Under the pieces are notes generated by a model, which searched no databases, was not told where the DNA came from, and saw only the letters and a program-made list of their open reading frames with translations. This document shows positions 8,034 to 15,660 of a stretch of DNA of 45,194 nt, one piece after another (position 1 is the first letter of the stretch; the number at the start of each line of letters is the position of its first letter). The position numbers were made by a program, and so were the translations under genes. This DNA comes from an uncultured Candidatus Saccharibacteria bacterium (lineage in GTDB: Bacteria > Patescibacteriota > Minisyncoccia > Minisyncoccales > PEYH01), in NCBI GenBank assembly GCA_964388775.1, contig CAYMBW010000003.1, positions 1 to 45,194 of the forward strand, read 5' to 3'.

Positions 8034-8807
8034 ATGGGAAGAATATCGATAAAAAAAATAAATAGAGACTTTTTTAAGACATGGAACCATGAAATGGCAT
8101 ATGTTTTGGGATATATTGTGGCAGATGGATGTGTTTATAAACGGAAAGATCGTAAAAACAGTTATGTTCTTAATATAACCTCAAAAGATAGGCAACATTT
8201 ATTAAATATTGGGTTAAACATAGTAGCCAATTGCTCTATAAGCACAAAACGCAATTCTACAGGAGATCAATATTGTCAAATCCAAGTATGCAGTAGGGAA
8301 ATTTGTGAAGACTTGATGGGGATAGGAATATTCCCCAGGAAAACGCATAATTTAGATTCTATAGAAGTTCCAGAAAAATATTTTTCTGATTTCGCTCGCG
8401 GATTTTTTGACGGAGATGGAACAGTATATATTTATGAAGTAAATAATACACAACAGATTAAGGCAGGTTTCGTAAGTTCTAGTTTGCCGTTTATAACAAG
8501 ATTTAATCAATCGCTTTGTCATAGATTAGCCATTCCAACAAAGTTTATTCATCAAACAATAGACAGGAAAGGAGTCAAAATTCCAAAATACGATATTTGT
8601 TTTTATGTTGACGATTGTGAAAAATTGTTTAGACTTATGTATAGAGATAATCCGAAGTTGTTTCTTTTTCGCAAGTACGAAATTTTTGAAAAATGGAATT
8701 TTGTCAAAAGGAGACACTATAAGAAGCAGAATTATCCTTCTAAAATCGGATGGCATTTAAATAAAAATAAAGGGGCGGTTAGCTCAGTTGGTAGAGCGCA
8801 TACTTGA
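8034..8807 (+). CDS. LAGLIDADG-family homing endonuclease-like protein (two-motif, monomeric type)
   Basis: Two LAGLIDADG motifs: YVLGYIVADGCV and FARGFFDGDGTV. The ORF fills the tRNA-Leu/tRNA-Val spacer, and its last 35 nt overlap tRNA-Val. Confidence 0.8.
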   Translation: MGRISIKKINRDFFKTWNHEMAYVLGYIVADGCVYKRKDRKNSYVLNITSKDRQHLLNIGLNIVANCSISTKRNSTGDQYCQIQVCSREICEDLMGIGIFPRKTHNLDSIEVPEKYFSDFARGFFDGDGTVYIYEVNNTQQIKAGFVSSSLPFITRFNQSLCHRLAIPTKFIHQTIDRKGVKIPKYDICFYVDDCEKLFRLMYRDNPKLFLFRKYEIFEKWNFVKRRHYKKQNYPSKIGWHLNKNKGAVSSVGRAHT

Positions 8808-8845
8808 CGTGTATGAGGTCATAGGTTCGAGTCCTATACCGCCCA
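8773..8845 (+). tRNA. tRNA-Val(GAC)
   Basis: Acceptor GGGCGGT/ACCGCCC, anticodon arm CATAC-TTGACGT-GTATG, T-arm ATAGG-TTCGAGT-CCTAT. Confidence 0.9.
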
Positions 8846-8992
8846 TATTAGGATAAGTTAATGAGCAAAGCGAATTTACTTATTCTTATATCCTGAGGAG
8901 CGAAGAGACGAGGGGTACCAGTAGTCCTTCGGACTCTATCCTCAGGACATAAGAAAATATAAGCATCGCTTCGCTCGCCAATATTTTCTAAT
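8846..8992 (+). repeat. tRNA-trailer structured repeat, copy R1
   Basis: Starts with TATTAGGATAAGTTAATGAGCAAAGCGAA. Forms a long imperfect hairpin (TCCTGAGGA 8891-8899 pairs with TCCTCAGGA 8939-8947, and flanks extend the stem). Has an inner hairpin AGTCC-TTC-GGACT. Confidence 0.75.
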
Positions 8993-9064
<72 letters not shown>

Positions 9065-9184
9065 CACAATAGAACAACTTAGCGAGCAGAGCGAGCTTTA
9101 GTTGTTATTATGTCCCGAGGAGTCCCGAACGAATGTGAGGGGCGACGAGGGATAGAGCTTATTTGCTTGCTAAGAAAGATTAAT
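9065..9184 (+). repeat. tRNA-trailer structured repeat, copy R2
   Basis: Box AATAGAACAACTTAGCGAGCAGAGCGAGC, central CCCGAGGAG...GAGGGGCGACGAGGG, and a distal GAGCTTATTTGCTTGCTAAG that is complementary to the box. Confidence 0.7.
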
Positions 9185-9258
9185 GCGGGTGTAGTTCAGT
9201 TGGTTAGAACGCGACATTGCCAATGTCGAGATCGGCGGTTCGAGTCCGCTCACCCGCT
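9185..9258 (+). tRNA. tRNA-Gly(GCC)
   Basis: Acceptor GCGGGTG/CACCCGC, anticodon arm CGACA-TTGCCAA-TGTCG, T-arm GGCGG-TTCGAGT-CCGCT. Confidence 0.9.
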
Positions 9259-9339
9259 CCAAAGATTCGCCAATTTGGCGTTTTTTTGTTGAAAAATTCT
9301 AAAACCGCACTATGTGTGTGCATATATTACCTAAAACCC

Positions 9340-9369
9340 TTGACAAAGGGGGGGTAAAAATGATATGAT
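9340..9369 (+). promoter_or_regulatory. Sigma-70-like promoter with extended -10
   Basis: TTGACA (9340-9345), 18-nt spacer, then TGATATGAT with -10 TATGAT at 9364-9369. Lies about 45 nt upstream of the 9413 start. Confidence 0.55.
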
Positions 9370-9412
9370 ATAGACAGATTTCGACGATACACGATAAATA
9401 TACGATAAATAT

Positions 9413-9922
9413 ATGAGAACCAAAATTCAAGGATACGTTGAATTTTTTATTATCTGGGGCGTTGTTGGCGGGGTAGTTTTTTCCCTGTCAAGCGTTTTAG
9501 CTGTCTCTCAAGTAAATCCCTTGTCCGGCAATCACCTTGAACCAGAAGGCGGTTTGTCGTTAATCCAAGGGAATAGCGTCATTCCCAACGTAGAGTATTA
9601 TCTGCCGAAGATAGACAATCCCATTGATTCAAACGTAATCAGAGTGGTTGTTACGGCTTATTCTTCTTCTCCCACAGAAACCGATGATGACCCTTTCATA
9701 ACCGCTTCGGGGGAGTGGGTACATGATGGCGTGGTAGCGGCAAATTTTCTTCCTTTCGGGACAGAGATAAGAATCCCAGAGATATATGGAAATAAAATTT
9801 TTGTTATCAAAGATAGGATGCACCCCAGAAAAACACAGCAAGTGGACATTTGGTTTTCCTCTAAACAAGAAGCTCTTAATTTTGGAGCGCATTATAGTTA
9901 CATAGAGGTTCTGGATATTTAA
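9413..9922 (+). CDS. 3D-domain protein (MltA/RlpA-like cell-wall-binding or lytic fold) with N-terminal TM/signal
   Basis: VVVTAYSSSPTETDDDPFITASG...VAAN...FGTEIRIPE...VIKDRM...VDIWF matches the 3D (three-Asp) domain pattern. The N-terminus has a hydrophobic helix. Confidence 0.65.
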   Translation: MRTKIQGYVEFFIIWGVVGGVVFSLSSVLAVSQVNPLSGNHLEPEGGLSLIQGNSVIPNVEYYLPKIDNPIDSNVIRVVVTAYSSSPTETDDDPFITASGEWVHDGVVAANFLPFGTEIRIPEIYGNKIFVIKDRMHPRKTQQVDIWFSSKQEALNFGAHYSYIEVLDI

Positions 9923-9963
9923 ATCCCGGACAATTATTTAAGAGACATTTGATTGAATAGAAA

Positions 9964-10008
9964 AAGCAAAAAATCGCCCTGAGTTTATCGAAGGACGATT
10001 TTTTGCTT
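9964..10008. terminator. Bidirectional intrinsic terminator hairpin
   Basis: AAGCAAAAAATCG (9964-9976) is perfectly complementary to CGATTTTTTGCTT (9996-10008). The A-run and T-run inside the stem arms supply a U-tract in either orientation. Lies between convergent transcription units. Confidence 0.6.
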
Positions 10009-10026
10009 TCAGGCATTAGAGTGTTG

Positions 10027-10110
10027 TGCCGAGAGTGGGAGTTGAACCCACACGCCATTGCTGGCACATCCCCCTCAAGGATGCGAGTCTGCCTATTCCT
10101 CCACCTCGGC
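10027..10110 (-). tRNA. tRNA-Leu(GAG)
   Basis: The reverse complement folds with acceptor GCCGAGG/TCTCGGC, anticodon arm CATCC-TTGAGGG-GGATG, a long variable arm, and T-arm GTGGG-TTCAACT-CCCAC. Confidence 0.85.
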
Positions 10111-10130
10111 TTTCAACTAACAGTCCCTCC

Positions 10131-10589
10131 TTATTTATTTTCCTTTTCCGGCTCTTGTGTCGGACCTTCTTCGTTCTCAACAGCCGTCGGAGTTTCTTCA
10201 ACAGAAATCTCGGGTATAAATTCTTTGGCTTTGAGCCGCGCCTTTCTGCCACTGGCCCGTCGAAGATAAAAAAGTTTGGCCCTTCTCACTTTTCCTCTTC
10301 TTATAATTTCTATTTTTTTGATAGTAGGGGAAAAGATAGGGAAAATCCTTTCGACCCCTATTCTATCTATTACCTTTCTTACGGTAATAGTGGCGCCGAT
10401 TTCTTTGTGCCTTCTTTTCGCCAAGACAATCCCCTCAAAGACCTGTATTTTCTCTTTTTCTTCTCCGTGTTTTGAAGTCCCGGGGTTCGGAATGATTTGG
10501 TAAACTTTAATCGTATCTCCGGGCCTGATATCCGGGATTGATTCTGCTTTTTGTTCTTGGCTTATTGCGGTTTCGTTTTCTTGTGTCAT
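10131..10589 (-). CDS. rplS: 50S ribosomal protein L19 with charged C-terminal extension
   Basis: IRPGDTIKV...[11 protein letters not shown]...[38 protein letters not shown] is the L19 core. An acidic tail of about 40 aa follows. Confidence 0.9.
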   Translation of the reverse strand: MTQENETAISQEQKAESIPDIRPGDTIKVYQIIPNPGTSKHGEEKEKIQVFEGIVLAKRRHKEIGATITVRKVIDRIGVERIFPIFSPTIKKIEIIRRGKVRRAKLFYLRRASGRKARLKAKEFIPEISVEETPTAVENEEGPTQEPEKENK

Positions 10590-11269
10590 AGGTTTTTTAA
10601 TAATTGTTTCAATTCATCCGGCAAGGGAGAAGAAAATGTTTTTTTCTCGCCATCCATTAATTTAATTGTTAGTTCGCTGGCATGGAGGAATTGCCTTTCC
10701 AATCCCTTCATTACTGTCTGATGCTTGAAGGAATACAGCTTGTCTCCTACTATCGGGTGTCCCAGATAAGCAAAATGAACTCGTATTTGATGTCTTCGGC
10801 CTGTTTTTGGAATCGCCTCTATCAAAGTATATTTATCATATTCCTTTATTGCCTGCCATCGCGTTTCCGCTAATCTTGAGCCCTTTTTTTTAATTAAAGG
10901 CCCTAAACAAGGGTAGGCCCTTTGTTTTTTCCCATCCCTATCTCTGTTAATCAGGGTTTTAATAACCCCTTCTTTTTCTTGGATTTTTCCCCAGACCAGC
11001 GCAATATACTTTTTATGCGTCTCTCTTGTTCTAAACTGTTTTTGGAAAAAAGACAAGGCCTGATTGTTTTTTGCCACTAATAATATACCGGAAGTATCTT
11101 TGTCTAAGCGGTGAATCAATCCATATCTTGGTGGCTCGCCAACATTTTTAAGTTCAGGATTAGATTGCGTTAATTCGACCATCAGCCCGGAATTATTATC
11201 TGAAAAAACAGCGACTCCTGCCGGTTTGTCTAAAACTATAATATTTTCATCTTCATAAATAATTTTCAT
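10586..11269 (-). CDS. RluA-family pseudouridine synthase (no S4 domain)
   Basis: Catalytic motif [16 protein letters not shown] plus the C-terminal RRHQIRVH motif. Confidence 0.85.
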   Translation of the reverse strand: MKIIYEDENIIVLDKPAGVAVFSDNNSGLMVELTQSNPELKNVGEPPRYGLIHRLDKDTSGILLVAKNNQALSFFQKQFRTRETHKKYIALVWGKIQEKEGVIKTLINRDRDGKKQRAYPCLGPLIKKKGSRLAETRWQAIKEYDKYTLIEAIPKTGRRHQIRVHFAYLGHPIVGDKLYSFKHQTVMKGLERQFLHASELTIKLMDGEKKTFSSPLPDELKQLLKNL

Positions 11270-11305
11270 AATGTGGCGTATTCGCCCTGATGCTGCGCCG
11301 ATGGG

Positions 11306-11378
11306 TGGGCGAGAGAGGATTTGAACCTCTGACCTGCCGCGTGTAAGGCGGATGCTCTAGCCACTGAGCTACTCGCCC
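11306..11378 (-). tRNA. tRNA-Val(TAC)
   Basis: The reverse complement reads GGGCGAG TA GCTC AGTGGCT AGAGC A TCCGC CTTACAC GCGGC AGGTC AGAGG TTCAAAT CCTCT CTCGCCC A. Confidence 0.85.
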
Positions 11379-11482
11379 GCAATGTTTGTCAAAATCTTTG
11401 ATTTTGCAAGAAATATTAGCGTCCTGAGTGAAGCGAAGGACTACTTATAAATTCATTTCACTCATTAACTTGTTCTAATGTA
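11379..11482 (-). repeat. tRNA-trailer structured repeat, copy R4
   Basis: On the minus strand, directly after tRNA-Ile: ATTAGAACAAGTTAATGAGTGAAATGAATTTA...AGTAGTCCTTCGCTTCACTCAGGAC. This aligns with the R1 box and centre. Confidence 0.65.
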
Positions 11483-11556
11483 TGGGCATGGATGGACTCG
11501 AACCATCGACCTTCCGATTATAAGTCGGATGCTCTAACCAACTGAGCTACATGCCC
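11483..11556 (-). tRNA. tRNA-Ile(TAT)
   Basis: The reverse complement reads GGGCATG TA GCTC AGTTGGTT AGAGC A TCCGA CTTATAA TCGGA AGGTC GATGG TTCGAGT CCATC CATGCCC A. The anticodon is UAU. Confidence 0.85.
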
Positions 11557-11558
11557 GC

Positions 11559-13415
11559 TTATTCTTTTTGTTTTTGCTTTCTACTGATTTTGAGAATTTT
11601 TTCAATCTCTTCTCTTTCCAAAGTTTCTTTTTCCATTAATTCTTTGGAAAGCTTTTCTAGAAGATTACTCTTTGCTTTGAGGATTTTTATTGCCTGGCTT
11701 GTCGCTTGTTTAATTATTTTTGCAACCTCTTCGTCTATCGTCTGGGCGATTTTTTCGGAGTAATTTCTTTCTTCACCGAACTCCTTGCCCAAGAACTGAA
11801 GTTCATTTCTCTCTCCGAAAACAATGGGTCCGAGTTTCTCTGACATCCCGTAATCCTTAATTAATCTCCGAGCTAATTCAGAGGCAACCTTCAGGTCGTT
11901 GCTGGCCCCGGTGCTGACTTCTTTAAATTTTATTTTCTCCGCAAAGTATCCTCCGAGTAAAGTAGCTATATCTGCCAAGAAATCAGATTTTGCTTTGATG
12001 CTTTTTTCTTCCATCGGCGATTTAATGGTATATCCGGCTGCCATTCCCCTTGAGACAATAGAGACCTTTCTTACCGGTTCTCCTTTATTAGTGAAAGACG
12101 CCACTAAAACATGACCGGCTTCATGATAGGCGGAAATTTTCTTTTCCCTCGGCGATAGTACATGGCTTTTTCTTTCCGGACCCAGAAGGACTTTTTCAAT
12201 TGATTCCGTTAATTCTGTTTGGTCAATCTGCCGCTTGTTCCTTCTGGCAGCCAAAATAGCGGCTTCATTTAAAAGGTTTTCCAAGTCAGCCCCGGAAAAG
12301 CCAGCTGTTCTTTCTGCGATTTCTCTAAGGTTAGCGTTCTCTACCAACGGTTTGCCGCGAGCGTGAATTTTAAGAATTGCTTCCCTATCTTCTATGCTCG
12401 GCAAACTTAAGACAACTTGTCTGTCAAATCTTCCCGGCCTTAATAGGGCAGGGTCCAGAATATCCGGGCGATTCGTAGCTGCGACGACGATTGTTTTTGA
12501 ATCTCTTTCAAATCCATCCATTTCAACCAGTATTTGGTTCAAGGTTTGTTCCCTCTCATCATGGCCTCCGCCGATTCCGATTCCTCTTGTCCTTCCGATA
12601 GCGTCCAATTCATCAATGAAAATAATTGCCTTGTTGTGTTTTTTCGCTTCCTGGAATAAAGACCTTACTCTTCCGCTTCCCACGCCCACAAACATTTCTA
12701 TAAACTCGGAACCAGCAACAGAGAAAAACGGAACATTGCTTTCTCCCGCAGTCGCCCTTGCCAATAATGTTTTACCGACGCCCGGGGGACCTAATAATAA
12801 AACGCCTCTGGGGATTTTTGCCCCCATATCCAAGAATTTTTTAGGGGTCTTTAAGAATTCAACAATTTCTTTCAATTCTTCTTTCGCCTCTTTTAGGCCA
12901 GCCACATCCTGAAAGGTTATTTTCTGCCTTGGATGGCCTTCTGCCCCGAAAACACGAGCCCTTGCTTTAGAGAAATTAAATGTCTGCATTGCTCCCATTT
13001 TGGCTTGTCGGGCGAATGACCAAAAGAAAAAACCGAAAAGCAATAATGGAATGACAAATAATAACACTGAACCGATTTGCCCCCAGCCCGCCTTGGGCTC
13101 TTGAACCGCAAGGTTTACTTTTTCTAATTTTTCTTTTGCTACTCCGTAGTTAGCCAAAGATTCTGAAAGAGCCAATTCGGTTTCTTTCCTGCTCTGCGAT
13201 TGAGTGTTGTCAATATAGGTGACAAGAATATCGTTTCCAACAACAACTATTTCCTTAACTTTTTCTTGAATTATTTCTTGGCCAAGTTGGCTTATAGAAA
13301 TTTCTTTTTTGACAGGAGAAACCGGGGAAAGAAAAGTGAAAACGGCCGATATTCCTAAAAAAATCAGCACGATAACAAAAAAGTTTTTCGCTAAGTTTTG
13401 CGTTGCTTTTTTCAT
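11559..13415 (-). CDS. ftsH: ATP-dependent zinc metalloprotease FtsH
   Basis: N-terminal TM helices, Walker A GPPGVGKT, Walker B IIFIDELD, second region of homology, and zinc motif HEAGH. Confidence 0.95.
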   Translation of the reverse strand: MKKATQNLAKNFFVIVLIFLGISAVFTFLSPVSPVKKEISISQLGQEIIQEKVKEIVVVGNDILVTYIDNTQSQSRKETELALSESLANYGVAKEKLEKVNLAVQEPKAGWGQIGSVLLFVIPLLLFGFFFWSFARQAKMGAMQTFNFSKARARVFGAEGHPRQKITFQDVAGLKEAKEELKEIVEFLKTPKKFLDMGAKIPRGVLLLGPPGVGKTLLARATAGESNVPFFSVAGSEFIEMFVGVGSGRVRSLFQEAKKHNKAIIFIDELDAIGRTRGIGIGGGHDEREQTLNQILVEMDGFERDSKTIVVAATNRPDILDPALLRPGRFDRQVVLSLPSIEDREAILKIHARGKPLVENANLREIAERTAGFSGADLENLLNEAAILAARRNKRQIDQTELTESIEKVLLGPERKSHVLSPREKKISAYHEAGHVLVASFTNKGEPVRKVSIVSRGMAAGYTIKSPMEEKSIKAKSDFLADIATLLGGYFAEKIKFKEVSTGASNDLKVASELARRLIKDYGMSEKLGPIVFGERNELQFLGKEFGEERNYSEKIAQTIDEEVAKIIKQATSQAIKILKAKSNLLEKLSKELMEKETLEREEIEKILKISRKQKQKE

Positions 13416-13453
13416 TATCTTTTGATTATTCTATAAAAGGGAACTGCCGTTTT

Positions 13454-14611
13454 TTAGTCGTTTTTCAGGCGCAAACCCATACGATGAGTGTCTGCGTCAA
13501 GAACAATGATTTCAAATTTATACTTTTTACCTTCTTGGAGGCCCTCTTTTACTTTATCTTGATTGAATTCAGAGAGATGAACCAATCCTCTGATTTTGGG
13601 CTCAATTTCAATAAACGCTCCTAATTGATTTATCTTTACGACTTCTCCATCCACAATATCGCCCTTCTTGTACTTTGTGTCTATGTCTTTCCAAGGGTCT
13701 TCTTTTAATGCTTTCAAAGACAAAGAAACCCTCCCATCCCGAGAAACATCGGTAATTTTCGCTTTGACCACATCGCCTACTTTGATTATATCAGAAACAT
13801 CATCTATCAATTGCCAGTCAAGCTCTGATATATGGATAAGGCCTTCGGCTTGAACTTTTTCCAATTCCGCTTCTTTTACTTCGTTTTCTTTTAGCAAGGG
13901 GAATTTTATAAACGCGCCGAAGTTCGCAAGTCCGGTGATTTTTCCTTCCACTATATCTCCGGCTTTGTATCGTTCCAAGAGTTCACTTATTGCTTTTGAA
14001 GTAACCGCCTTTTCAGAGAAGATGAGCTTGTTATCCTGCGAAGAAACATCAATAATTTTTACTTCTAATTGTTGACCGACTAATTCCTGCAGATGTTTCA
14101 ATATTTCAGTCGAGTCCCCATTTTTAACCCGAGGATAATTTTTGATTGAAAGCTGTGATAAGGGGAGGAATCCTTTAACTCCCTCCATTTCAGCCAAAAG
14201 TCCACCTTTGTTCGCTCCCGCGATATTGACCATAACCGTCTGGGACGCTCGTTCGGTTTCTTTCAGATTTTCCCAACTTACCTCTCTTTGAGCATCAGTA
14301 AGAGATAATTCTAAATAGCCATCTTCATTATCCACTTCTACCACCTTTGCTTTTATCGTGGCCTCGGGCTCAAGGCGTTTTATAATATCCTTGGCCGAAT
14401 AATATTCTCTCCCATAAATCACGCCCACGCCGATAGGGCCCAAATCAACATAAACGGCGAAATGGTCGGTTCCGATAATTTTACCCGTTATGGTTTGCCC
14501 TTTTTTCGGCGGAGAGGCAATATTCTGCAAATCATCTTTTAATTGGATTGTTTTTTCGATTATTTTAATCATAGTAGAATAAAGAGTATCATAAGATTCC
14601 GGATAAGGCAA
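13454..14611 (-). CDS. rpsA: S1 RNA-binding domain protein (ribosomal protein S1-like, four S1 domains)
   Basis: Four repeats of the S1 OB-fold pattern (G.I.G.V......G.FV.L....G..H.SE). The start is uncertain: TTG at 14611 or ATG at 14572. Confidence 0.7.
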   Translation of the reverse strand: MPYPESYDTLYSTMIKIIEKTIQLKDDLQNIASPPKKGQTITGKIIGTDHFAVYVDLGPIGVGVIYGREYYSAKDIIKRLEPEATIKAKVVEVDNEDGYLELSLTDAQREVSWENLKETERASQTVMVNIAGANKGGLLAEMEGVKGFLPLSQLSIKNYPRVKNGDSTEILKHLQELVGQQLEVKIIDVSSQDNKLIFSEKAVTSKAISELLERYKAGDIVEGKITGLANFGAFIKFPLLKENEVKEAELEKVQAEGLIHISELDWQLIDDVSDIIKVGDVVKAKITDVSRDGRVSLSLKALKEDPWKDIDTKYKKGDIVDGEVVKINQLGAFIEIEPKIRGLVHLSEFNQDKVKEGLQEGKKYKFEIIVLDADTHRMGLRLKND

Positions 14612-14719
14612 GAGGAGTTAAAAGTTAAAAGTTAAAAATCCCAAAGCCAAAATTTTTTCCATTCTTAGATTTTCATTTGTCATTTTTCGTTTTACATTTT
14701 TATTTTTTGGTTTTTGGCG

Positions 14720-14748
14720 TTGAAAATGATAGGAATAGATGATATGAT
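14720..14748 (+). promoter_or_regulatory. Sigma-70-like promoter with extended -10
   Basis: TTGAAA (14720-14725), 17-nt spacer, then TGATATGAT with -10 TATGAT at 14743-14748. This is the same extended -10 string as at 9361-9369. Confidence 0.55.
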
Positions 14749-14789
14749 AATAATAGAAAAGCAAATAAAAATTTATTATATTTAGATAT

Positions 14790-15443
14790 ATGGACATACT
14801 TTGGCACGGTCAATCGTGTTTTGAAGTAAGGGTGCCCCTGCATCAAAACGAAAAGAAAACAATTATTATAGACCCATTTTCGCCGGAATATACCGGCTTT
14901 AAAATGCCCTCGCTTACGGCGGATATTTTGTTAGTTACCCATCAGCATCTTGACCATAATAATGTTAAAGCGATAAAAGGTTTGCCGTTTTTGATTGAGG
15001 GTCCCGGGGAATACGAGGTAGGAGGAATTTCTATCCAAGGCATCCCGGCTTCTCACGGGAGTATCGGAGAAGAAGATTTAGGCGAGATTACGATTTATAC
15101 GATTGAAGCAGAAGGCCTTAGGCTATGCCACTTAAGCGATCTGAACCAGAATGAACTTACCTCCGAACAGGTTGAGACGATAGGAGACATTGACATATTA
15201 ATGATTCCGATAGGAGGCACTTACACTATTGACGGAGTCGGCGCTTCTAAGATTATTAATCAGATAGAGCCGAAAATAGTGATACCGATGCATTACAAGT
15301 TGCCGGGCGCAAAAGCGAATTTGAAAGATATTGAGAGTTTTTTTAAGGTGATGGGACAGGAAAATATCGAGGCGCAGCCATCATTAAAAATAAAGAAACA
15401 AGGTTTGCCGGCGGAAACGAAAATAGTAGTTTTGAAGCCATAG
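14790..15443 (+). CDS. Metallo-beta-lactamase-fold hydrolase (UPF0173-like)
   Basis: HxHxDH motif (THQHLDHNN) plus downstream His/Asp ligand positions. About 217 aa. Confidence 0.75.
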   Translation: MDILWHGQSCFEVRVPLHQNEKKTIIIDPFSPEYTGFKMPSLTADILLVTHQHLDHNNVKAIKGLPFLIEGPGEYEVGGISIQGIPASHGSIGEEDLGEITIYTIEAEGLRLCHLSDLNQNELTSEQVETIGDIDILMIPIGGTYTIDGVGASKIINQIEPKIVIPMHYKLPGAKANLKDIESFFKVMGQENIEAQPSLKIKKQGLPAETKIVVLKP

Positions 15444-15446
15444 AAA

Positions 15447-15647
15447 ATGAAATTTTTACAAAAGATTCGAGCATTATCTTTAGAAAAAAGAAAAATGGTT
15501 TTATGGGCGTCGGTGGCAATCATTGGATTGATTCTTTTGCTTATTTTTTTTGCAGTGATTACTTTCAGGTTCAAGTCATTTGATTTTCGGAATTTTGGGA
15601 AGCAGCTTAATATTCCTTCCTTTGAAATTCCTGATTCTAACGAATAA
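15447..15647 (+). CDS. Small membrane protein, hypothetical
   Basis: 66-aa ORF with one clear TM helix (VLWASVAIIGLILLLIFFAVITF), packed tightly between flanking genes. Confidence 0.4.
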   Translation: MKFLQKIRALSLEKRKMVLWASVAIIGLILLLIFFAVITFRFKSFDFRNFGKQLNIPSFEIPDSNE

Positions 15648-15660
15648 TTTTTATTAAATT

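Noticed and set aside
7939-8807. Group I intron in tRNA-Leu(UAA) carrying the LAGLIDADG ORF (cyanobacterial-type arrangement)
   Set aside because: The tRNA-Leu(UAA) cloverleaf is contiguous, with an intact anticodon loop CTTAAAA. The ORF starts after the tRNA 3' end, so it is not an anticodon-loop intron as far as I can see.
9110-9292. 60-aa ORF (and the similar one at 28969-29151)
   Set aside because: Both read through the tRNA-trailer repeats and a tRNA gene. The shared peptide flavour (SEQSEL, RGEGRR) comes from the repeat, not from a protein family.
10003-10475. Three overlapping plus-strand ORFs (88, 149 and 75 aa) and a minus-strand 78-aa ORF
   Set aside because: They overlap tRNA-Leu(GAG) or are antisense or out of frame to the clearly conserved L19 gene. 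Their sequences are low-complexity.
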